A DNA stretch of 60,158 nucleotides, counting the filler, from Catajapyx aquilonaris (taxonomy: Eukaryota): the NCBI GenBank assembly GCA_000934665.2. It is 2 parts of 2 records of this genome, joined end to end, with 100 filler letters (N's around TTAATTAATTAA, not from the genome) between each part and the next. Parts side by side here need not be neighbours in the genome. Positions count along the whole stretch, not along the records: positions 1 to 30,033 come from JYFJ02004698.1; 1 more part is not named here. One strand, written 5' to 3'. Made by a program: the position numbers and the translations under genes. Below, piece by piece: positions 10,891 to 22,000 of the stretch. Each line of letters opens with the position of its first letter. The first letter of the stretch is position 1. The notes beneath the pieces were generated by a model, which saw nothing but the letters and a program-made list of their open reading frames with translations, was not told where the DNA came from and did not search any database.

Positions 10891-11259
10891 TCGCGCAGCG
10901 TGTGTATGACAGACCCATGAGGCTTTCAGAGGACGCACGTTCGTCGGGCCCACTTTCTCCCGCCAGCGGCCCAAGGCCCCCAGAGCTCCCACTGTTAGAT
11001 GCAGCGCCCGGCCGGTAGGGGCGCTGCGTGTCAGAAAATTCGAATATGCACGAGGCCTATAGTACCAGGACTGCAGTGGACATGACGTGCGTAACGAAAT
11101 GGCTTATTTCCAAGCCTGCTTCTCCTCCCCCTCCTCCTCTCTCCAGCTGCAGAGAGCTGCCCGCTGCCCTGCCCTTGCCCTGCCCCTGGGTGGGCCCCCC
11201 TCCTTCCACAGGACAACAGAAGAAGAGGTGAGCAGGAGGAGGGTACACGGGGCAAGCAC

Positions 11260-11760
11260 TTCCCGAGGGTTGCGTAGATCCATTGAGGGGAGGAAGGAGA
11301 CTGATGAGATTGTGCGCGTGTGGCCTGACTTCCGAGTCACCCTGTACATCGTTCTAAAATAATGTGGATCGGATTTTGCAACTGGTGAGATGCAATGAGC
11401 GAAATCCATCTCTTTGCGCGGCATGCAGCGTGTTCCCAGCATCTGCCAACATGGCCCTGCTGATGGCGGTATAGGGAATGGAAGAAGCATGGCCTGGGTC
11501 CCAACCTCACACGGGTGTATGGATACCTCTCCGTACGTACATGCCTCGCTGGTTGCCAGAGTCAGGCCGGTTGAGCAGCGGCCTGGCAGAAGCGCATGCG
11601 CCTGGCCACCCTCAACCCAGCCATGCAGGGATGCCAGGATGGACATTTGTCCATGTCAACCATCTCTGAAGCATATTGCCGCCTACCTTGCGGGCCCATG
11701 CCAAGCTCTTACCGTACTCGTCCCCTACTATCCATATCATTGTGGCAGATTATCGTGAAC
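11260..11760 (+). pseudogene. Decayed PIF/Harbinger transposase fragment
   Basis: Collinear degenerate motifs LRRSI, VTL, FATGEMQ*, LRTYMP, GCQDGH (cf. GAIDGKH) and LSISL (cf. FSIVL), with stops and frameshifts. It lies downstream of the MADF gene, as expected for Harbinger elements. Confidence 0.45.
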
Positions 11761-11768
11761 ACTTTGAA

Positions 11769-11904
11769 CAGGGTACTTACTTTACCTGACCAGGCTTCAT
11801 ATATTTTTTTGTATAATGGTCATATGAGGATATTAAGGATCTCCTCCTCAATATCCGCTGGCATCCCCATATTATTTAGGAAACGCCGTGAAGATGACGA
11901 TGAC

Positions 11905-11966
<62 letters not shown>

Positions 11967-12726
11967 CTTACTTTACCTGGCTTTTAATAACTCTAACACG
12001 AATGAAGTTATTGCAACAGAACTGACCTCATCATGTGAGACAGGAAAAGGCATCACAACATGTGCTGGCCTGGATGCAACGCTCCATGTTTTGGAAGGTG
12101 CTGAGGCATATTGATGGGTTGCGGTTTGTTTTGGTACACTTGGCACACGTCACACGCCGTCATGGCCGAAATTCAGTCCTTTTCCAGTGACGGAGCCATT
12201 TGGAAGGACTCTGCGGCCACTGCATACGACCCATCGTACACCGCCTGATGGCTTCTTAAGGCATGTTTACATGTGAGTGATTTGACGAGTGAAGTCTTCG
12301 CCGAGTGGTAACATCGCTGAATAATCCAAGTAACCAGTATTGTTTGAGGTGAAACTCAATTGTTACTTTCACCCCAAACAACATTGGTTACTTTGTTCGG
12401 CGAAGACTTCACTTGTCATGTCGCTCACATGTACACACACCTTTTTGGGCTGTTGGAAAGGGTGAGGGTACCAACACAAACCACGACCCATCAACGCCTT
12501 GAAAGGAAACATCACCCCAGAAATTGGGCAAGTGCCTCAGAACCTTCCAGAACATGGAGCGTTGCATCCAGGCCATCCTGGATGCAAATGGTGGCCATTC
12601 CCAGCACATGTTGTGATGCCTTTTCCTGTCTCACATGATGAGGTTAACTAAGTTCTGTTGCGATAACTTCAATCGTGTTCAAGTTACTCGAGAAATGCCA
12701 GGTAAAGTAAGTAGTGAGGCACCCTG
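11769..12726. mobile_element. Foldback element built from two inverted copies of a mariner-family transposase 3' end
   Basis: Termini CAGGGT...CACCCTG, with long imperfect inverted arms centred near 12360. The right arm encodes KPRPINALKGNITPEI and FQNMERCIQAILDANGGHSQHML* (12545-12616), the mariner GGHFEHLL-type C-terminus. Confidence 0.75.
11789..11965 (+). mobile_element. Short retroposed insertion (LINE/SINE 3' end) with (GAT)n tail and 14-bp TSD
   Basis: ACTTACTTTACCTG is duplicated at 11775-11788 and 11966-11979, around 177 bp ending in (GAT)n (11893-11965). Confidence 0.8.
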
Positions 12727-13579
12727 AATAAGCAAGTACAATAGTCAAGAACAGGAGATGCAGACCCAAAAACAACATTACAAATTTTTGTACACAATAC
12801 TGCACCTACTGAGATGGAGCCATTTCGTTTTTCATAGTTTGGCCATGTCCGGCTTGATATAGTTGCCTATTGTTCCATGAAATGCCATTTGCAATGCCGA
12901 AATGCTAATAAACTAAAATTTTAGTTGCCGCTGTGTTCAATGGCAGGTGGACTACTGAACTATTGTTTGGAAAATATTCCTGTAATTCTTTGATGCATCC
13001 TCGGAGCCCCTTGCCAAGCTTCGTGGAACCCTTATGAAGTACAGGAAGGTTCGGCGTCCATGCTCATGCTTGTCTTTACCCTGACTGTCACGAGTCGTCT
13101 AAACTGTAGCATTGCCAAGCTTATTTCCATACAGAGCCTCATAGAACCTGCCTTTCCCCCATCTACTTTTATTAACTTACCATACTACCTCAATTAAAGT
13201 GGCATGCCGGTGTAGTCCAGGTCGACCAGTTTTTAGAAGTGCAAGATCTGGCGGCTAAACTGGCGTGCCTGTCTAAGCGAGGTATGCCGGTATAAGGCGA
13301 GGTTTGCTTAAGCACAGCATTATTAGGCTCTCTGTGAAAATTGTTATTACTCAAATATATCCATTGAACCATTTTCTGCAGTGCCCAGGACACTTCTATG
13401 GCCTGACACATGGCATTTAAGATCATTCGTTAAGTTCTCTCACGGCAACATTTTCAGTTAAAAGTGCAAGGCTGCTAGAAGGGAAGCATACCTACCGGGA
13501 TATTTCATACTTTGGGTTTGGATTTCATTATCTGACAAGGGAAGTGTAAGTGTTGTCCGTGGAGTTTCTGAATGAAACG

Positions 13580-13845
13580 TGGCACAATAACATAGGCAGG
13601 TAAGTTATGAAAGAAAATGCAAACAATTTAGGCGGATGCCCACAAGGTCAAAAGTTATGACCTCTCAAACTCACAAGGGACAATTTCCAAGGTCTCGCCG
13701 ATTTTCTTGAAATTCGGTACATTGGTAGGCCACCCCAATGGGACACCTAAAATGAACTGCTCGAAATGACCTGGTGACCCCTTTTTGGGGGTCAGAGGTC
13801 AAGTCTATTGGTAGCCCCCAAAAAGGGGTAACTGGATCATTTTGA
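13580..13845. mobile_element. Helentron/DINE-1-like non-autonomous element fragment
   Basis: Contains CCGATTTTCTTGAAATTCGGTACA and GGGGTCAGAGGTCA motifs typical of HINE/DINE cores, plus internal inverted repeats (ACCCCTTTTTGGGGG / CCCCCAAAAAGGGGT). Confidence 0.35.
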
Positions 13846-14294
13846 ACAGGGGGGAAGAACGCCACAGTCGCTTGCTGGACGCATCTCTTCTCCCGCGAAG
13901 ACCCCTCCACCCTTCCACCTTCCTCCAGTGCCCACGTCTTCACGGTGACCTCACAACAGGGGAGGGGGAGAGGAGGGGGAAATGGAAAACAAACCGAATC
14001 GAATATTGGCCAAGGTCAGGATGTTCTTTACCAGTGGTGCCAACAACTCCATGGACGTTTATAAAGAAAGGAAAATAATTTCATCTTTTTAAACAAGGTC
14101 CTTAGTGGCACCCCCCCCCCGTGGGAAGAGTTGTTTAAGCAGGATTAGCCGCGATATTCAACGATGAACCCGGGGATAGGTCGTGAATGTCAAAAGAAGG
14201 TGTTGGGAAGAATTAAACCATATTTTTGATCATCTAATACCAACACTGCAGAGTTCCATGGCTCCTTATCATAAAGGGAAGTTATGAGGATCAG

Positions 14295-14647
14295 TTAGAA
14301 AAACCTGGTCGGAGAGTGTCCTTATCATTTAGATACGAATTGAAGCCCTAGAGGTTGTGAATTTAAGTTCATCCGATAATTGGGGTTTTTTATAATATCC
14401 CATCCAATGCAAAGGTGTGATTGCAGATTGGTCACAGGGTAGGGAATCACAGATATGCGGATGCACGGTGGAACGGGTGGGGGTAGGGGGTGTGGATATG
14501 ATTGGCATCATCACTGGCTATAAGTCCGAAGCGATTGAAAATATGGTGGGCACTCTAGGCCACAGACCTAGATAAAAGCGAGTGAAGCAAGTGGTTTTCT
14601 ACGCCTGCACCGTAGAAAAAAGCGGGCATAGCGAGGGTTTTTCTAGT
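14295..14647 (+). mobile_element. Helitron/Helentron-like element ending in a hairpin + CTAGT
   Basis: Sub-terminal inverted motif TAGAAAAACC (14296) / GGTTTTTCTA (14636-14645). Hairpin TTTTCTACG..CGTAGAAAA upstream of a terminal CTAGT. Confidence 0.35.
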
Positions 14648-15044
14648 AAAGTTTTAATTGAATATTCCGGGTGGGTTTGAGTGCCTGGTGTACCCTTTTA
14701 AAGATTTTGTTCCTAATGACTCATTCCATTCTCCTTCCAGAGCCTGTCAGTTTGTGCCTGCTGCTGAGCCTGGAGCTGGAAAGGGAGCGTTTCTGCCTCC
14801 TACTGGAGTTGATTGGAGGGATTTGGAACAACCTCAGGGTCCACCTTGGGACAACAGGTAACAATTGGCAGGCAAACTATGGCTCTCAAAGTGGGGAAAT
14901 ATTGCCAACCAAAAATATCATGGGCAAAACGTGAAGGTCAAACCTGATTGTCACCCGTTTTATCCAATTAATTAATGGACACAGTATTTAACATGAACTT
15001 GGTGTCAGTCACCATGAGCAGAAGTGATTGAGAATGGAGAGATA

Positions 15045-15077
<33 letters not shown>

Positions 15078-15427
15078 TATTACCCCATAAGACAATCGTC
15101 TTTTCGGGGGACATAAATAGGGGAGATAAATATATTATCCTTATGGTGAGACTTGGGAACTAGTTCGTAGGCGTGTTGCTTCATGTTTTCTGAGGGTGCA
15201 ATGTCCTCCTTGCTTTGCTGTGCATTGGCTGGTGATGCTCTACACGTTCAATCGTATGGATTACACCATCCTCCATATGATCACCAATGTGTCATCAATA
15301 CATCTGATTGAATGTCACAGCAATGGAGAAGCAAAAGATCATATCCTTTCCCCAACGAAGGAACATTTTTTGCCCTTGAAATTTTTGGTTGACAAAATGT
15401 TGCTTACACAGGTGAATGTCACTTGTA

Positions 15428-15589
15428 CAGTTCTGGCCAATAATCAAGGCAACCGAGAGCGACATTTTTTCGAAGCGGCAGAAGAAGGAATCGAAGATAA
15501 GCATGTTACAAGCCGTGCGAGCCAGATTCCTTCTTCTGCCGCTTCGGAAAAATGTCGCTCTCGGTTGCCTCGATTATTGGCCAGAACTG
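15428..15589. mobile_element. Tc1/mariner-type MITE (162 bp)
   Basis: 65-bp TIRs (15428-15492 / 15525-15589, 2 mismatches) begin CAGTTCTGGCCAA (Tc1-like) and are flanked by TA on both sides. Spacer is 32 bp. Confidence 0.9.
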
Positions 15590-16501
15590 TACTGGACTTC
15601 CTACCTTCCATTCTCGACCTGGCCATTCTGATACAACCACTTATGAAAAAATGTTGGATTCTCCTGACTAGGTGGAAACTGGTTGGGAAATAAAACAGTT
15701 CTATATTGGGAGAATTGAATTGCCAGGAATTACGGGAGATTTATTTGCACCTTAGTCTTCATTTGGGCTGAATGATCATCACCATATGAGATCTCCAATC
15801 TAGGCCAACTGAAATGCCAACCTGACTTTCCATCGTCCAGTCAACCACTTGCCTTCCCTTGCTCAAAGCTGAACCCAGCCTTAAAATTGAAGAGGTCATG
15901 TCAATAACAAAAATTTTATCGAGATGCTGATATTAGCATGATGCCATCTGTGACCATTTTCAGTGGAAATAAGAGCAAAAACATTCCCTTGAGTGGAAAA
16001 AAGGGTAGTAAGACCTCCTTGGCGGAAGGAGAATGACGGCGGGGATCTATGTTCAAAATTTGGCAGCTCTGCCTACAGCAGGACTTGAGTAAGGGCGAAT
16101 AAATAAAGCGTAACGACAACAACAGCAACAACAACAACAAGAAGATGTTGAAGAAATTCATTGTTGAAAATTGTTGAACAGTCTTACTTAGCGGCTACCG
16201 CCCCTAAAATAATTGAACCATTGAATCAGAAAGCAGGTCAAGTCGACTCGAAAATGACTTGGCACTTATGCACTTGTTGCTGTGAGCCTCGCTGTATGCC
16301 AAACGAAGCATGGCAGGTGACCAGATTCCCGTGGTAGGTGCGCCTGGCAAATCCATGACGCTACAAGGTGTCGCGAATTCGATACGAGTCATGAGTGACG
16401 AATGAGAGCAGTGCGGCTTTGACGCAGACTCACTGTTAGCTTCGAAATAAAATTGGTCGAGCAGGACATTGGTGCATTGTTGGGCATTGGTTTAACTTCT
16501 G

Positions 16502-18022
16502 ATGCACTTTTCTCTCCTCATTCCACAGACCATGCCCAGAAGGAAGCAGCCCCGAAGCCTCCTGCAGCTCAGCCTGCCCACCGTGGCTGACATTGCAGTG
16601 CAAGCCTGCAAAAGGAGCAGGGGCCAACATGAAGAGGAGATTATTTCCCAGTACGTCTGCAGCATCCCAAACACTCTTGCAAATGAGTACGTGGGGGAGG
16701 TACTGAGGGTGTGTTCACTGTTGGATGAGGATTTCGACATTACCGCTGCTCTTCATCGCAAGTGTACTGAGATTGTGGGGGGAGATTACATTTTTCTCTC
16801 TGCTGATTGGTACTTACAGTTGATTTCCAGTTTCCATGTCATGAGTGATTTGCAAGTGTTTCGAGATGTCAGTGATGGTTGCAGGATTATGGATATCGAA
16901 TCGCCTCTTTCCTTCCCCAAGCTGACCAAGCAGCGTTCAATTGAAATTTCCACTCTGGGTTCCCAAAATCTCCTGACACCAATAATTCAAAGCTCTCCAC
17001 GTCTGGAGGAGATTGTAATGAGGAGGGGCACCCAACAACCGCAGGACTTGCGTACTCTGGCAAACTTCAAGCGCCTGAGAAAAATCCTATCCTGTGTACC
17101 CATCCAACCCAGTGATGCAGTGCACCTGCTCCAGCACCTTCCCAAGTTGGAGGTTTTGTCATTTAGTGACGTGAAGGATGTTCTCTCACTATGCAAGCGC
17201 CCTTATCCTTGTTTTAAGGACTTTGGCAGTGCCCTCAATGTAAATGAGCGCGACATTCTTGAAAAGGTTGCAACCTACTTCCCAAACCTGGAGGAGCTTC
17301 ACCTGCGGTTGGAAGGAGGAGCAGATCTAAGTCCACTAAACAGACTTGCCAACCTCAAGAGTTTAAGTGTTAAAGGAGGTGCAGCTTCCAGCCTTCTCTG
17401 CTTGTTGGACAATTGCATGGGTCATCTCTCCAACCTCGATTTGTACAGTGTGCATGGACTCGAATCCATATTTGGACAGGACAGAAACACGTCCTTCTCA
17501 CAACTAGAGAGTCTGATGATATATGGCTGCACTGGAGTCAACTTGGCAGCCATTGGGGAGATATTCCCCAACCTAAAGTCACTTCAGGCCGAGGAAAATG
17601 AATTCACTGAGTTGCATCTGTACCCAACTCCTCATGCCTTTCGAGAGATCGAAGATTTTTGTGTGGATGAGACAATGCCAATGAGATATATCAGATACCT
17701 CCTGTCCAGGAAGAACCTGAGGGATCTTCAGTTGGACAACATTAATTCAACTGATTCATCCGCATGCAGTCAACTTTTCCAAGGCATAAGATTGGATGCT
17801 CTGCAAACACTGACAATCGTTGACGACCTCATGACAAAGGAAGTGATTCCATTGATTTTGGGTTCAAGTGGAGATGATTTACGAGACGTGTCTTTGCGGG
17901 GCAAAAGCCTCATTCTGTCAAGCAGTGAAGGTGAGGAATTGTCCAACCAGTCGCAGCCCTACGACATGGCATTCTGTATTGGTGGTTCACACACCAAGTT
18001 CAAGTATGATTCACGTAAATAA
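16502..18022 (+). CDS. Intronless leucine-rich-repeat protein with N-terminal BC-box/VHL-box-like motif (putative CRL2 substrate receptor); start may be M at 16532
   Basis: 506-aa ORF with repeated LxxLxL motifs (LPKLEVLSF, FPNLEELHL, LANLKSLSV, FSQLESLMI, FPNLKSLQA). N-terminal SLLQLSLPTV (BC-box) and IPNTL (Cul2-box-like). Confidence 0.8.
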   Translation: MHFSLLIPQTMPRRKQPRSLLQLSLPTVADIAVQACKRSRGQHEEEIISQYVCSIPNTLANEYVGEVLRVCSLLDEDFDITAALHRKCTEIVGGDYIFLSADWYLQLISSFHVMSDLQVFRDVSDGCRIMDIESPLSFPKLTKQRSIEISTLGSQNLLTPIIQSSPRLEEIVMRRGTQQPQDLRTLANFKRLRKILSCVPIQPSDAVHLLQHLPKLEVLSFSDVKDVLSLCKRPYPCFKDFGSALNVNERDILEKVATYFPNLEELHLRLEGGADLSPLNRLANLKSLSVKGGAASSLLCLLDNCMGHLSNLDLYSVHGLESIFGQDRNTSFSQLESLMIYGCTGVNLAAIGEIFPNLKSLQAEENEFTELHLYPTPHAFREIEDFCVDETMPMRYIRYLLSRKNLRDLQLDNINSTDSSACSQLFQGIRLDALQTLTIVDDLMTKEVIPLILGSSGDDLRDVSLRGKSLILSSSEGEELSNQSQPYDMAFCIGGSHTKFKYDSRK

Positions 18023-18280
18023 GAACACTTGGTGCAGTTGAATCCCCAGGTATGAGTGCAGCAATGGCTATTTGAATTTCGGATCCACCTTGCAAATGAC
18101 GATTAGAGGTTCGTCACGTCCTACAACCGGTATAATTTTTCCAGTTTGATCAGGGGTGTGACAAAGTCCTTCAGAGAATACGTACCCTTGCACAGGTTCA
18201 GAACATTCTGTAAGCCAAGAGTAGGAAGGTGACAATGATGACAACGAATATTTTTTTATAATAATTAAGGATTGGAGGCT

Positions 18281-18286
18281 TTTATT
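18281..18286 (-). promoter_or_regulatory. Putative polyadenylation signal of dumpy
   Basis: First minus-strand AATAAA I found downstream of the dumpy stop codon. Confidence 0.45.
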
Positions 18287-18812
18287 TCATTGGTAGGGAT
18301 GCAGAGACACCATAGGTTTCATGAGAGCGAAAAAGCAGTGATTTTTTTCTTCTTCTTTTCCTTCACCAGAAAAAAAAAAAAATGGTTAAGGGTCAGGACT
18401 TGGTTGAAAGGAAGGTGAGGTCACCGCATATTGTCACACATGTTGTGTAAGGAAACACTTCTTGGTAATAAAGGCTGCCGGGCAAACTGGGGCAGTTGGG
18501 ACGAGGGGGAAGTTATTATTATTAACCTTTAAAAAAAAAAAGAGTAACGCGCAAACTGCCAGAGTCCCACCCGGCGGCAGGTTGTCGCAACATTCGACGT
18601 AGTAACAGACCCAACAATATAAAACAGGCAAAATAATGTCCTCACTCTGAGGAACCTCCTTCGGGGGAATCTCCTGTCTTTTTAAGACAGGCACACACAC
18701 GCACGCACTTGGGTTGTTTTGGAGGGGGAAACATTAGTTGGCCCACACACACTCTCAAACATTGGGGGGGGGAAACACACCGAGATAAATAATGAATGGC
18801 GAGTGATTTTGC

Positions 18813-19054
18813 TCAGGAGAGGTAGTCTGGAGAGGGCTCGGCCAGCGGCTCAGCCGTGGCGAAGAGCGGGTTGGGGAACTCTGGCGGGTGCGGGAGGGGC
18901 CCGTGTGAGGAGGGCTGCTGTCGGTAGGCCAGGAGCCAGCAGCAGACGGCCACGGCCACGGCCACCAGGGCCAGCAGCGCGGTGATGACCAACGCGACGA
19001 TGAAGCCCACGACGGATATGCACACTTCCTCCTCCTCCTTCTGAATGTCCGGGG
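18813..19054 (-). CDS. dpy: dumpy terminal exon (TM helix + cytoplasmic tail)
   Basis: 242 nt, VCISVVGFIVALVITALLALVAVAVAVCCWLLAYR..PDYLS*. Confidence 0.9.
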
Positions 19055-22000
19055 CTGGAAAGGGGCAGCGTGAGCATGCTTCAAGCGACACTATACTTGG
19101 CGACTTACCATCGGTGGGGTCTATGAACCTGTCCTCCCGTCGCTCGATGGTCAGTATGGCGTTGGACTGCACCATGATCTCCTCTCTAAGCTGCCCCTCC
19201 TGGTAGGACTCGCGGACGTCCACTGCGGTCAGGTTGTTTCCAGGGGGAAGAGGAACGGCCTGGCGCTTACGACGGCCATACGCGTTCTCACCAGCACAGT
19301 TAACCTGCGTACAAACACCATATTAGTCGCATCTGTATGATACGCATTACCAGTTCATACGTACCGGTTGGCATTTTCCAAAGCAGACGCGTATGTTGCA
19401 TTGGAACCTGATGTTGTTTGATGAGGGGAACTTGAATGCGTTGAACGGAGCCAGCAACACCCTGGTTTCAGGGTCCTGCTGCCACTGTCCGAACACGGAT
19501 GGGTCCGTGGCACATCCGTCCTCGTCTGTGACCAGGTACTCGTTCTCTCCTTGTTCTTCGTCGCTGGTGCGGGCCACGCAGGTGCGCGAGAAGCCTCCGT
19601 AGATGCTGGCTGGCTGGACGTCCACACGGAGCATGAGGGACTCGCCTATCTCCGCAGAGCTGATCTCGCGGCCGGATGACGTCACGATCCGCATGGTGCA
19701 GGTGGGGGGCGGACCGGTGTTGGCGATGGTCCCTGCGGTGGTCAGCATGGAGACGTTGAAGCCGATGGTGATGGTCTTCTCGCCAGTGTTGTACACGCAG
19801 CGGATGTGGTAGGCCTGGGCCTTCCACGTCACCAGATGCGGATGCTTCTGGATCACCAGGATGAAGCCAGCCTGTCCCTGTGAAGCAACCGTACGAGTTA
19901 AAATTTAGCTTCTAGTACAGCAAGATAATGACTTACGTCGACATGTATGAGTCCGCAGGTTCCGAATTTGACTTTGAAGTCGATCTTGCCCACGTCCACG
20001 TCCATCTTAAGCGCTCTCCTGCACTGCTCGTCCTTCGAGTGTCCCTTGACGTACACGATGCCGTTGAAACCGCTGCCGATGTCCAGATCAACGAGGACAC
20101 CGTCGGCCAGGCAGTTGACCACGATGTTTGGCCTGGGGAAGTCCGTCCTTCCGATTGGAGTCGGAGCTGGAAAATATTTCGGGTTACGTTCGGCTCGTTG
20201 CGGTATGGATGCCCATGCACTTACTGCATCCAGTCTCTGGATCTCCGGTGTATCCTGCGATGCAATGGCAGAAGGATCTGTGGTTGGCTGCTCTGCAGAT
20301 TGTAAATGGACCGCATGGGCTGACGGTGCAGGCGTCCACGCATGTCCGGTTTCGTGGCTGGCACACCTCGTTGTCCGCACAGTCTGTGTCTCTCTCACAC
20401 TCGGGTTTGGCTACGGAATAAGATGAAATCAGGCTGTTGCACTGTACCCACACACTGTGATGGCTTACCTGGTACGCATCGTCCATCCGGAAGTGGTATC
20501 TGACCCGGAGGACAGTGCGATGGGTCACATCCGATGCTGGCATCTCCTCTGAATCCGGGAAGACACTCGCATATCATGGTCCTCAACGGGAGGGTGTCGA
20601 CAACGCGACACACTGAGTTACGTCCGCACGGTTTGGCTGTCTTGCATGGGTCGTCGCATCGGGACGAGAGACATGCGAGACCTGATGGGCAGTCGTGGTC
20701 GGAGATGCATTCGACGGATGGTGAGGTGCGACAGAGCCCGTCCTTTGGCACAGGAGATCCGTCTGGGCAGCGGCAGACTGCGATGTGGTTGTGCGCACGG
20801 CAGACTGAGAATGACGTTCCGATGCAGGTGTCGTTTTGTATGCAGGGATCAGCGCAACGTCCGTTTACGCAGGCCAACTCGGACGGACATTCGTCGTCAG
20901 CACGGCAACCCAGCACGATGCATGGCTGATGGCATCGGCATACTGGCGAGTGGTCAACCGCATCGCAGTGTTCACCTGGGGTGCACCGTGCATCGTCGCA
21001 TACAGGCACGCACGTACCGTACTTGCATGTGTGCGACACCGGGCATTCCCGATCGGAACGGCATTCGACAGGGAAGCACTGCTCTTGCGGATCGCCTTGG
21101 TATCCAGGAAGACATGCGCACACGGCACGATGTGCAGCAACACGACACTCGGCATGTGGACCGCAGTCACATGCAGAGCGACATGTACCGCGCACGCAAG
21201 CCTGTGCCTCAGGACACTGGCTGTCCGATGTGCATGCGTGTGGTATAAGCGGGAGTGGCTTACATGCTCGTTCGTCAGCAACGTACCCTTCAGGACACAC
21301 GCATGTCAGGGTACGAATCGGTCTGGTATCCAGCACATTACAGGTGGCCGGTGCTGAACATGGCCGTATGACACCGCATGGTTCCTGGCACTTCTGGCCT
21401 ATGCAGGCGAGGGGATATGCGCAGTGCGAGTCCTCGGTACACTCTGGCCGTACCTTCAGAAGGCAGAGAGAGTACGGATCGCCATCGGGAAGGTGCGGTG
21501 GGCAGTAGCATCGTGCAGCATGTCGTAGAGGATGGCACAGTGCGTTGGGTTCACATGGGCTGTCGTGGATGCATGGGTTGACACATTTTCCGGAGCGACA
21601 TGCCCTGTCGCCAGTACAGTCCTCGTCCGATGTGCACTCAACAATGCGACAGGCTTCGTACGGATCACCAGTGGAGCCTGGCTGGCACACGCATTGTCCA
21701 CGATGTGCTCGGGCAACACAAGTTGCGTGGCGACCACACGGTGCTTGCAGTACGCACGGGTTGATGCAATTACCCTGCGAGCATGTCTGGTCGTCTTGGC
21801 ACTCTGAATCGCTTCTGCAGCCAATGGGACGGCATCCGAAGTTGGGGTTTCCGCGATGTCCTTCAACGCACACGCAGATGGGCCGGTGCCGTGAGACGGT
21901 ACACTGTGCGTTTAATCCGCAGGCATTGGTGCAAGGATCAACACAGGAGCGATGCAGACACAACCTGTCGGACGGGCAGTCTTCGTCTGATGAGCAGCCA

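Noticed and set aside
11596..12114. Poly-Asp protein; likewise poly-Tyr/poly-Ile ORFs at 1446, 9702, 37680 and 37842
   Set aside because: These are translations of (GAT)n or (ATT)n microsatellite tails.
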